Below are positions 41,049 through 49,604 of a stretch of DNA of 64,000 nucleotides, piece after piece; the first letter of the stretch is position 1, and each line of letters starts with the position of its first letter. This DNA is from Alphaproteobacteria bacterium (lineage in GTDB: Bacteria; Pseudomonadota; Alphaproteobacteria; Rickettsiales; UBA998). A program made the position numbers and the translations under genes. The notes under the pieces are model-generated. The model worked only from the letters and a program-made list of their open reading frames with translations, was not told the origin of the DNA and ran no database searches. The stretch lies in the NCBI GenBank assembly GCA_043765375.1, contig JAYUJH010000035.1, positions 7,348 to 71,347 of the forward strand. The letters are read 5' to 3'.

Positions 41049-42179
41049 ATGATAATAGAAATTGGTGAAACCCTCAAAAATAATATTTTGAAAGATGAAG
41101 CATTCACATTAAAATGGCGTGATGTGTTCACGGTTGATGAATCTAGTTTCAAAAACAAAGCTGATTTCAACACTTTGATTGAACATTTGGATAAAGCTCA
41201 AGGCACTGTGGTGGGGCAGCAATTATTCCATAAAATTATTCCACAAAATAATTCAGAGGGAGAGGGGAGCAAAGTTAAAATAGCTCATGGTGATTCAGCA
41301 GCTTATGATGCAAATCAAAGGACTATATTTTTCAATACGAAGGAGCATAAAAACAACTTCAACTTAGATGAAAAAGGAAATGCTCACCCTTTTGGTAACT
41401 CTTTTGTGGGCTTGATTCATGAAATGGGTCACGCCGCTTATTATAATACAAAAAATCTGTCAGATATGTTACAATTAGATAGTAAAAAACTAGATGGAAT
41501 TATCAAACAAACATTAATGAATATTAATGACAAACAAGAATCTTTTGGATTTGATGAACAAAGTTCTTTTTTTCAGGGTTTGACCAGTCAGCAGCAATCT
41601 GCATTAAAAGAATTGGAGCAAGCTAAGCAAAACGGAGTTATGCCTATTGAGTTTCAGACTATGCTAGAAGCCAGAAAAGAAATATTATTCTCAAATGCGA
41701 CACTAAAACAAAGTTATGAATTAAATCAAGAAATAGAACAAACTATATTGAAGGCAGAATCCTCGGCAATGCTACCTGAAAATAACGTTGCCCTTGAAAT
41801 CGCTGGTGATAAATCTGCTGCTCATAAAAATAGGTCTGTTTATGTTAATTCTATTGTAAGAACAGACAGCGAACTTCTAGAAAACCCAAACGTAACTATA
41901 ACTCCTCGTGAAAGAGAAAATCTTGACATTGAGGTTAAAAAAATCCAAGCTATTGTTGGTAAGCTACCAAACGCCTCGCCCGATAATAGGCTTCACTGGG
42001 ACGATCTTAATGAACCATTAAAACCAAATAACTCCATGCAGCATTTCATACCACCAGAATTGCAGCAGCAATTGAGCGCAATTAGTTCTGGTGCGGGATT
42101 TAATTTTAAGGATATTAAAGAAGTAGCATTGCTTAATTCGCAATCAGTATTGCCAGCAAGCAATGCAATGTCTTTATAG
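41049..42179 (+). CDS. Hypothetical protein with an HExxH zinc-metalloprotease motif
   Basis: 376 aa with no signal peptide. HEMGH lies at 41418-41432 in the context FVGLIHEMGHAAYY. I recognise no other domain. Confidence 0.55.
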   Translation: MIIEIGETLKNNILKDEAFTLKWRDVFTVDESSFKNKADFNTLIEHLDKAQGTVVGQQLFHKIIPQNNSEGEGSKVKIAHGDSAAYDANQRTIFFNTKEHKNNFNLDEKGNAHPFGNSFVGLIHEMGHAAYYNTKNLSDMLQLDSKKLDGIIKQTLMNINDKQESFGFDEQSSFFQGLTSQQQSALKELEQAKQNGVMPIEFQTMLEARKEILFSNATLKQSYELNQEIEQTILKAESSAMLPENNVALEIAGDKSAAHKNRSVYVNSIVRTDSELLENPNVTITPRERENLDIEVKKIQAIVGKLPNASPDNRLHWDDLNEPLKPNNSMQHFIPPELQQQLSAISSGAGFNFKDIKEVALLNSQSVLPASNAMSL

Positions 42180-42321
42180 CTATAAAAACCAGCATCACAC
42201 TCACATAATATCTTCATAAAACAAAACGATATTTATTTACATTTTTGCATTATGATATTAATATAATTTTATCATAAATATGGTAATTATGTTAAATTAG
42301 AAAAGAATATTTAATGAGAAA

Positions 42322-43149
42322 ATGGTTGGTGAAATAATGTCTGCTAAATCACAACTTCATAAAACATCATCTGACGAAATTATATCTACTAAAATCTTAT
42401 CTCTAACATTGGAGGAATATGTGCAGGAATCTTCAGCGTTGGCTCAAATAGATTTAGGCGTTATCTCAGATTCGTCCGTTAAAACTGGGTTATGCACTCA
42501 AGCGGGTTCAGGGTTTCGTCGTGGATTTATGTTTGTGCTTTCTTCGCCTTCGGGGGCTGGCAAAACCACGCTTTCACGCATGTTGCTTAGCCAAGTTTCA
42601 GGAGTTCGTATGTCTGTTTCGGTGACAACTCGCTTGCCAAGGACTGGGGAGGTTGACGGCGTTGATTATTGTTTTGTCAGTCACGCCCAATTTGCGCAAA
42701 TGGTGGTGCAAGGAGAGTTGCTGGAATATGCAACTGTGTTCAATAATTCATATGGCACGCCCGCAAGTTTTGTGCAGCAATCGCTGGTGGTGGGTGAGGA
42801 TATATTATTTGATATTGATTGGCAAGGCACCAAACAGTTGGCACAAAATTGCCGTGATGATTTGGTCAGTGTGTTTATTTTGCCTCCTTCAATGGCGGAG
42901 TTGGAGCATAGGTTGCGTGGGCGGGGACAGGATAGTGACGAGGTGGTGCGATTTCGTATGGAAAAAGCCACCGCTGAGATTTCGCATTGGAATGAATATG
43001 ATTATGTGGTGATAAATAATAATGTGGAGCAAACTTCAAATGACATCATCAATATATTAAATGCAGAGCGCAACAAACGCTTGCGTCAAACAAGTCTGCC
43101 CGATTTTGTGGCGGGGTTATTTGATGAAGCAAAAAAGATGGGTTATTAA
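42322..43149 (+). CDS. gmk: Guanylate kinase with a ~60-aa N-terminal extension
   Basis: The core is FVLSSPSGAGKTTL...GVDYCFVS...YGTP...DIDWQG. There is no in-frame ATG closer to the P-loop. Confidence 0.85.
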   Translation: MVGEIMSAKSQLHKTSSDEIISTKILSLTLEEYVQESSALAQIDLGVISDSSVKTGLCTQAGSGFRRGFMFVLSSPSGAGKTTLSRMLLSQVSGVRMSVSVTTRLPRTGEVDGVDYCFVSHAQFAQMVVQGELLEYATVFNNSYGTPASFVQQSLVVGEDILFDIDWQGTKQLAQNCRDDLVSVFILPPSMAELEHRLRGRGQDSDEVVRFRMEKATAEISHWNEYDYVVINNNVEQTSNDIINILNAERNKRLRQTSLPDFVAGLFDEAKKMGY

Positions 43150-43245
43150 AATGGGTTGTTGATGTTATGTTACGGTTTTTCCATTGTCGGGTAGGCGCAA
43201 AAACTGAACTTGTATGTCAAGCATAATTATGGTAATATTTATATT

Positions 43246-43590
43246 ATGAACACAATAACATTTGATACTCACCAATTTGTGAAGAAGTTGCAGGCGAAAG
43301 GTATATCTGAGGAGCAATCAGAGGCTATTGTTGATGTGGTTAAGGAATCACGCAATGACGCTGTTAATTCACTTTCCACCAAATCCGAGATGCAGCAATT
43401 CAAATCTGAGCTAAAATATGATATGTCACTGCTTGAAGGGCGGCTTGAGGCTCGGATTAAAGAAGAAATTGCTGGAGTGAAAGCTGATATTGCCACCGTG
43501 AAATCAGATGTTATATTATTAAAATATGGAATGGGATACTTAATCGCAGCGATAACGGGGCTTGGAATTAAAACAATATTTTTCGGGTGA
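43246..43590 (+). CDS. DUF1640 (CCDC90-like) coiled-coil membrane protein, paralog 1
   Basis: MNTITFDTHQFVKKLQAKGISEEQSEAIVDVV...LSTKSEM...; the C-terminal TM is GYLIAAITGLGIKTIFFG. I chose the ATG at 43246. Confidence 0.7.
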   Translation: MNTITFDTHQFVKKLQAKGISEEQSEAIVDVVKESRNDAVNSLSTKSEMQQFKSELKYDMSLLEGRLEARIKEEIAGVKADIATVKSDVILLKYGMGYLIAAITGLGIKTIFFG

Positions 43591-43600
43591 AACATAAATT

Positions 43601-43912
43601 ATGAACACTATAACATTTGATACTCACCAATTTGTGAAGAAGTTGCAGGCTAAGGGAATATCCGAGGAGCAATCAGAGGCGATTGTTGATGTGGTTAAGG
43701 AATCACGCAATGACGCCGTTAATTCACTTTCCACCAAAGCGGAGATGCAGCAATTCAAATCTGAGCTAAAATATGATATGTCACTGCTTGAAGGGCGGCT
43801 GAAAGAGGAAATTGCTAGTGTGAAAGCTGACGTTACATTGCTAAAATATGGAATGGGTTACTTAATTGCAGCGATAACTGGGCTTGGAATTAAAACAGTT
43901 TTCTTTGGGTAA
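43601..43912 (+). CDS. DUF1640 (CCDC90-like) coiled-coil membrane protein, paralog 2
   Basis: Its first ~70 aa are nearly identical to paralog 1. The heptad region is shorter. Confidence 0.7.
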   Translation: MNTITFDTHQFVKKLQAKGISEEQSEAIVDVVKESRNDAVNSLSTKAEMQQFKSELKYDMSLLEGRLKEEIASVKADVTLLKYGMGYLIAAITGLGIKTVFFG

Positions 43913-43922
43913 GACATAAATT

Positions 43923-44252
43923 ATGAACACGATAACATTTGATACTCACCAATTTGTGAAGAAGTTACAAGCGAAAGGAATATCTGAGGAGCAATCAGAG
44001 GCGATTGTTGATGTGGTTAAGGAATCACGAAATGATGTTGTTAATTCACTTTCCACCAAAGCGGAGATGCAGCAATTCAAATCTGAGCTAAAATATGATA
44101 TGTCACTGCTTGAAGGGCGGCTTGAGGCATGGATTAAAGAGGAAATTGCTAGCGTGAAAGCTGATGTTACATTATTAAAATATGGAATAGGTTACCTAAT
44201 TGCAGCAATCACAGGGCTTGGAATTATAGCAGTTTCACTTTTTAATTACTGA
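43923..44252 (+). CDS. DUF1640 (CCDC90-like) paralog 3, C-terminus replaced by a MITE insertion
   Basis: The N-terminus is the same. After GLGI the reading frame runs into the inserted element, giving IAVSLFNY*. The ancestral end KTIFFG* survives at 44362-44382. Confidence 0.65.
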   Translation: MNTITFDTHQFVKKLQAKGISEEQSEAIVDVVKESRNDVVNSLSTKAEMQQFKSELKYDMSLLEGRLEAWIKEEIASVKADVTLLKYGIGYLIAAITGLGIIAVSLFNY

Positions 44253-44360
44253 TTTAATCAGGATTAAAAAGTGATGTACTGCTATATTCTTTAATGATAT
44301 AGTGCTTACTTAACTTTTAATTTATCATGAAATGATAACAAATTAAAAGTGAAAGCACTA
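44227..44360. mobile_element. 134-bp double-hairpin MITE-like element (copy 2) with TA target-site duplication
   Basis: The terminal inverted repeats are tagcagtttcactttttaatt / aattaaaagtgaaagcacta. The flanks ggaatTA|...|TAaaaca reconstruct the uninterrupted ggaattaaaaca seen in paralogs 1 and 2. Confidence 0.7.
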
Positions 44361-44431
44361 TAAAACAATTTTCTTTGGGTGAAAGCTGAAATATCAAAAT
44401 ATCAAACACCAAAACATATACCTATAAAATA

Positions 44432-45562
44432 TTAAAACCCAGTTTGTGGGATTTTTTCAGAACGATTAACCCAAGCATTAATCGCCAAGCCAAATGCCGC
44501 CAAAATACTTATCATGTTAGATCCACCATAGGAAACTAGGGGCAATGGAATGCCAACAACGGGCAACATACCCATCACCATGCCAACATTGACGAATAAA
44601 TGCAGGCATAACATTGCCGCAACGCCATGCGCCATCAGCGACCCAAATAATGAAACATTATGGTAAGCTATTCCAATAATCAGCAAAATCAGGCAAGTAT
44701 ATCCCAAAATTAAGGCGAAACTACCAATAAAACCAAACTCTTCCGCTAGCACCGAGAAGATAAAATCTGTTTGTTTTTCGGGCAGAAAATTAAGTTGCGT
44801 TTGTGAACCTTGCAGCAAACCTTTTCCCGTTAATCCGCCAGAACTTATGGCGATGATTGATTGCGAGATGTTATAACCCGAACCAAGTGGGTCACTATCG
44901 GGGCTTAAAAATGTCATAACTCTACGTTTTTGATAATCATGCATGGATTGCCAAGCAACGGGGGCGGCGCAAGCAACTAACATGATTGCGATGATGAAAT
45001 ATTTGCGGTGAACGCCAGCAGCGAACAGCAACCATGTTACCATTGCGCATAATAAAGTTGCAGTGCCGAGATTTGGTTGCTTCAAAATCAATCCAACTGG
45101 AATGAGTGTAATTAAGGCGGGAATACCCAGATGCAGCACACCATTATTTTTCACGGGTGGAAAATTATGCAAATAACGTGATAATGCTAATATAGTAGCA
45201 ATTTTTGCCAACTCAGATGGTTGAATGGTGATAAATCCGAGGTTAATCCAACGTTGCGCTCCCATACCAATATGTCCCATAATTTCAACTATCACCAGCA
45301 ATATTATGACTATAGCATAAATCACATAAGCATAGCGCATCAATAGATGAATTGGGATTGAGGCGATGATAATCATACTAACTGCCCCAGCGATAAAACG
45401 CATAATTTGCGGTATCGCCCATGTGCCAATAACTCCCCCCGCAGCGGAATATAAGGTGATGAACCCCACTCCCGAGATTGCAAAAATCAGTGCAAGCAAC
45501 GGCCATGGCATATTGCGCATAGCATAGATGATGTTATTAACAATAGAACCGCCAATCATCAT
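44432..45562 (-). CDS. rodA: SEDS-family peptidoglycan glycosyltransferase, RodA-like
   Basis: 376 aa and polytopic. IQPSELAKIATILALSRYL and PLPLVSYGGSNMIS match the SEDS family. The true start may be the internal Met at 45520. Confidence 0.75.
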   Translation of the reverse strand: MMIGGSIVNNIIYAMRNMPWPLLALIFAISGVGFITLYSAAGGVIGTWAIPQIMRFIAGAVSMIIIASIPIHLLMRYAYVIYAIVIILLVIVEIMGHIGMGAQRWINLGFITIQPSELAKIATILALSRYLHNFPPVKNNGVLHLGIPALITLIPVGLILKQPNLGTATLLCAMVTWLLFAAGVHRKYFIIAIMLVACAAPVAWQSMHDYQKRRVMTFLSPDSDPLGSGYNISQSIIAISSGGLTGKGLLQGSQTQLNFLPEKQTDFIFSVLAEEFGFIGSFALILGYTCLILLIIGIAYHNVSLFGSLMAHGVAAMLCLHLFVNVGMVMGMLPVVGIPLPLVSYGGSNMISILAAFGLAINAWVNRSEKIPQTGF

Positions 45563-45603
45563 AAATTATGCGCCATCACTTGAAACATACCACTCAGATA
45601 TTA

Positions 45604-46458
45604 TCATTCAAAAACCACGGTTTTATTACCATTTATCAACACACGATGCTCAGTATGATAGCGCACTGCACGATATAACACATTGCTTTCAGTTTCCTCA
45701 CCAATGCTGACTAAATCTTCCGCTGTATGTTTATGATTAACCCGCATCACTTCTTGCTCAATCACGGGGCCTTCATCAAGATCTGTGGTGACATAATGCG
45801 CTGTTGCCCCAATCAACTTTACCCCCCGTGCATGTGCTTGATGATATGGCTTTGCCCCTTTGAAACTTGGCAAAAATGAATGATGAATATTAATCGCCCG
45901 CTCAGCAAAATGCGCACACATATCATTGGATAATATTTGCATATAGCGAGCTAGCACTAGCAAATCTACGTTATAACGGCTAGCTAATTGTTTGATTTGT
46001 TGCTCCTGCGTGGCTTTATCAGTATTAATTGGCAGGTGATAATATGGTATATCATACCATTCAACCAAGCGTTGCAAATCTGGGTGGTTAGACACAACTA
46101 GGGGAATCTCCACATGGAGCGAGTTATGCAATGAACGATGCAGCAAAGTGTTCAAACAATGGCTGGATTTGGAGACCATAATCATCATTTTTGGTTTGCG
46201 CAAAGCATCATGAATGCGCCAATACATATTATAACGATCCGCCACTTGCACTTGAAATAATTCGCTTAATTGCTGTTGGGGAGGAGTTTTTGCATCACCA
46301 CGAAAATGAATGCGCTGAAAAAATATACCCGTATCAGGGTCACCATATTGATTGGCTTCCAAGATGAACCCATTTTGTGCAGCGATAAAACCCGCAACTG
46401 ATGCCACAATATTTGGCACATCGGCGCAAGAAATTATAATGATATATTCTTTGTTCAT
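45604..46458 (-). CDS. purU: Formyltetrahydrofolate deformylase
   Basis: 284 aa with an N-terminal ACT domain and a formyltransferase core. INIHHSFLPSFKGAKPYHQA is present. Confidence 0.9.
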   Translation of the reverse strand: MNKEYIIIISCADVPNIVASVAGFIAAQNGFILEANQYGDPDTGIFFQRIHFRGDAKTPPQQQLSELFQVQVADRYNMYWRIHDALRKPKMMIMVSKSSHCLNTLLHRSLHNSLHVEIPLVVSNHPDLQRLVEWYDIPYYHLPINTDKATQEQQIKQLASRYNVDLLVLARYMQILSNDMCAHFAERAINIHHSFLPSFKGAKPYHQAHARGVKLIGATAHYVTTDLDEGPVIEQEVMRVNHKHTAEDLVSIGEETESNVLYRAVRYHTEHRVLINGNKTVVFE

Positions 46459-46477
46459 GATATTGGAGCTAAGGGTT

Positions 46478-46580
46478 CTTGGGTTATGATTTCGGATTAA
46501 GGGGGGCTTGGCTTATGATGATTGGTTTTATAGTGCTGTATTGGTGACTGGGTTTATGGTGCTGTATTAATGGTGCTGAC
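46478..46580. repeat. Cluster of direct repeats upstream of purU
   Basis: ggtttTAtaGTGCTGTATT (46524-46542) and ggtttatGGTGCTGTATT (46551-46568) are followed by GGTGCTG. There are also gggttatgat (46481) and ggcttatgatgat (46510). Confidence 0.7.
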
Positions 46581-46662
46581 AATCTAATCTTTTATATTAT
46601 GCTTCATTGATATTATAGATTTAATTTTTAGGCAATAATAATATATGTTTTGGGTGTTGTTA

Positions 46663-48288
46663 TCATATATCAAGTCCTACTTGCACATTTCTACTTTCTT
46701 TGGTAGCTTTTTTGAAGCCGCTAGAATCAATTAATGGAATATGAGGCTTTGCTCCGTTCAATAAATCAGTGATAGTGAATATTTGCATTTTCGGATATTT
46801 ACCATATTCAGTTTCATAGTAACCAAGTTTAGCTGCCTCTGCAATCATTGGTGTGGTGGGTGACACAAGCGTTATAAATATACCAATTTTTGCTCCTTCA
46901 CGCTCCACCACATGCCCCAAATCACGTATCATGGCAACTGAAACATTCTCTCCACCTTTTACTGAAATAATAGCAATTTCGGTGTTTTTATTATCTGGTT
47001 TGAAATGCACTAAACCATCAATTCCCCCATCTGCACCTTTCTTTTTGCCACCATAAGGCACTGCTTGCTTGATGAGTGAAATTGCCCACCATTGAAACTG
47101 ATATTTGTCTTTTTGCGCCAAAGCCCGTGCGCCTTCCAAATCTTTTGGCGTGCCATGCACTGTGAACCTCGCATCATTGAACGCATCATATAAACGTTTT
47201 TCAATTAGCGAGATAGCAAGATTGGTGATATCAATCCCAATCCACCTCCTACCCAGTTTTTCTGCAGCATGAATTGCCGTGCCACAACCACAAAATGGAT
47301 CCATCACCGTGTCACCCTCTTTGGAAGATGTGGCAATGATGCGCTCTAATAATGATACTGGTTTTTGCGTAGGATATCCGAGATATTCCTTTGCATTTGC
47401 GCCTAGTGGTGGAATGTCCGTCCAAATATTGGTTACTAACAACCCTTTTTGCTCATTTAGATAACGCTTTAATGTTAATCTTTTATAATATTCTGGATTG
47501 CCTTCTTTATCTGCTGGATAATTAACTCTACCCTCATCGTGTAGTTGTTGCATTGTATCACGTTGATAACGCCAACCTTTTTTAGGATATCCATAGCCTT
47601 TCCATTCATACATCATATTGGGGCGTGGGCTAGGGCTTGACATATTATCTAACATATAAACGCCACGCCCATCGCCATCATCAAAACGATATGATTTTTT
47701 GATATATTCAGGATTATGTTCATTATATTGCGGGTTAAAATAAATATCCTTGCCTTTGCTATAAAACAAAATAATATCCGAAACATTGGGATATTTATTT
47801 TTAGAATCATTATGCGAGCCAGTTCGCTTCCATGTTATTTCGTTTCTAAAGTTGTTTTTGCCAAAAATACTATCCATTAATATTTTCAGATAATGTGAGG
47901 CGGTTGGGTCGCAATGCAGATATATGCTACCAGTTGGTTTTAGCACCCTATGCAGTTCCAGCAAGCGCACGCACATCATGGTGAGATATGCCATCATATC
48001 ATTCTCACGCAACAGCGCACGAATTGCCCGCAACATAGTAGATGCGTCAGTATAAGTGCTGTGCATAACTTGGTCAAACGCATCTTCGGCTTCCATGCTC
48101 CACACCCATGTATCTTCAAAGGCTTCAATCTGTGCTTGGCTTTGCAGAGTTTTGCTTGATTTGAACAATAGGTTATAATTCTTTTTAGAATTAAATGGTG
48201 GGTCAAGATATATTAAATCCACGCTATCATCTTTAATATGATTGCGAATAATCTCTAAATTATCACCGTAATATAATTCATTATTCAT
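46663..48288 (-). CDS. Beta-class N6/N4 DNA methyltransferase fused to a C-terminal Mrr-like (PD-(D/E)xK) nuclease domain
   Basis: 541 aa. Motif IV DLIYLDPPFNS precedes motif I DPFCGCGTAIHAAEKLGRRWIGIDI. The C-terminus GADGGIDGLVHF...IISVKGGENV resembles the Mrr catalytic core. Confidence 0.8.
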   Translation of the reverse strand: MNNELYYGDNLEIIRNHIKDDSVDLIYLDPPFNSKKNYNLLFKSSKTLQSQAQIEAFEDTWVWSMEAEDAFDQVMHSTYTDASTMLRAIRALLRENDMMAYLTMMCVRLLELHRVLKPTGSIYLHCDPTASHYLKILMDSIFGKNNFRNEITWKRTGSHNDSKNKYPNVSDIILFYSKGKDIYFNPQYNEHNPEYIKKSYRFDDGDGRGVYMLDNMSSPSPRPNMMYEWKGYGYPKKGWRYQRDTMQQLHDEGRVNYPADKEGNPEYYKRLTLKRYLNEQKGLLVTNIWTDIPPLGANAKEYLGYPTQKPVSLLERIIATSSKEGDTVMDPFCGCGTAIHAAEKLGRRWIGIDITNLAISLIEKRLYDAFNDARFTVHGTPKDLEGARALAQKDKYQFQWWAISLIKQAVPYGGKKKGADGGIDGLVHFKPDNKNTEIAIISVKGGENVSVAMIRDLGHVVEREGAKIGIFITLVSPTTPMIAEAAKLGYYETEYGKYPKMQIFTITDLLNGAKPHIPLIDSSGFKKATKESRNVQVGLDI

Positions 48289-48337
48289 ATTTGTTCCTTG
48301 AAATATTAGTAACTTATAACGCTAATATTTAACATTC

Positions 48338-49450
48338 TCAATCGCTAATCCAACCGCCACCCAAAACTTTGCTGCCGTCATAAACAACGCAAGCCTGCCC
48401 TGCTGAAATTGCATATTCTGGTTGCAGAGTTTCAATTATTGCGCAATTAGCATCCAGCATGGTGATTAATGCGGGGCGCAATGCTTGAGTTGAACGCCAT
48501 TTAATCATCATTTGCATCACGTTATTTTGTGCAATTTCGGCAAAATCTCCCAACCAATTAGTATCCTTAATTGCGAACTGAGTTTTGGCTAAATGCTCCC
48601 GCTCCCCCACAATAACTTGGCGCAATTCAGCATCAAGCCGCACCACATAAAGCGGGGTTGCATAAGCGATGCCAAGCCCTTTGCGCTGCCCAATGGTGAA
48701 ATGCACAACCCCTTCATGTTTGCCTAATATAGTTCCATCAACATGAATTATCTCACCAGCTTGCAACGCATCAGGTCGGATTTTCTCAATCACCTTGACA
48801 TAATCACCATTTGGCACAAAACAAATATCTTGGCTATCAGGCTTTTGTGAAACACTTAAGCCATAATGCACCGCCAAACGCCTTGTTTCCTCCTTGGTTT
48901 GCGTCCCCAAAGGGAAGCGCAGAAAATCTAGTTGCGGTTGGGTGGTGGCGAATAGAAAATAGCTCTGATCTTTGCCATCATCAAGCCCTGAATGTAGTTC
49001 GGCTTTGCCATCATCGCCAATCACTCGTTGCACATAATGCCCTGTTGCCATCACATCTGCATCAAGGTCTTGCGCCATTTTGAGCAAATCATTAAACTTA
49101 ACTGATTGATTGCAGCGCACACATGGAATAGGTGTTTGCCCTGCAAGATATGTTGCCACGAAATCATCAATCACATTTTCACGGAACTTGCTTTCATAAT
49201 TTAGTACATAATGCGCAATCCCTAGGGAATCCGCCACTGCCCGTGCATCGTTAATATCTTGCCCAGCACAACATGCCCCTTTTTTGCCAAGTGCTGCACC
49301 ATTATCATAAAGCTGAAGCGTTATTCCGATAACTTGATAGCCAGAATCATGAAGCATTGCTGCCACCACGGAAGAATCCACCCCGCCTGACATTGCCACC
49401 ACCACACGGGTTTCACTCGGTTTTTTATTTAGTCCTAAATCTATAAACAT
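48338..49450 (-). CDS. mnmA: tRNA 2-thiouridine(34) synthase MnmA
   Basis: 370 aa. [18 protein letters not shown] is the PP-loop, and the conserved Cys residues are present. Confidence 0.93.
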   Translation of the reverse strand: MFIDLGLNKKPSETRVVVAMSGGVDSSVVAAMLHDSGYQVIGITLQLYDNGAALGKKGACCAGQDINDARAVADSLGIAHYVLNYESKFRENVIDDFVATYLAGQTPIPCVRCNQSVKFNDLLKMAQDLDADVMATGHYVQRVIGDDGKAELHSGLDDGKDQSYFLFATTQPQLDFLRFPLGTQTKEETRRLAVHYGLSVSQKPDSQDICFVPNGDYVKVIEKIRPDALQAGEIIHVDGTILGKHEGVVHFTIGQRKGLGIAYATPLYVVRLDAELRQVIVGEREHLAKTQFAIKDTNWLGDFAEIAQNNVMQMMIKWRSTQALRPALITMLDANCAIIETLQPEYAISAGQACVVYDGSKVLGGGWISD

Positions 49451-49604
49451 ATCAGTTTAATACAATAAAAACTTGTTATTATCTAGTGCTATTTATTATG
49501 TTACGGAGTATTAAGATTTTGCTATTGCATATTAGTTTTTTGTTGATATGTTGCGATTTAGACATGAAAGTTTAATATCAAGATTTTAATATAAGGTTTT
49601 TTCA

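Noticed and set aside
46459-46662. I looked for a ZTP/pfl-type riboswitch or a CRISPR-like array upstream of purU.
   Set aside because: On the purU-sense strand I see no GGGTCGTGAC...CCGGGC-type conserved cores. The repeats are about 19 bp, directly abutting, with no unique spacers, so this is not a CRISPR array.
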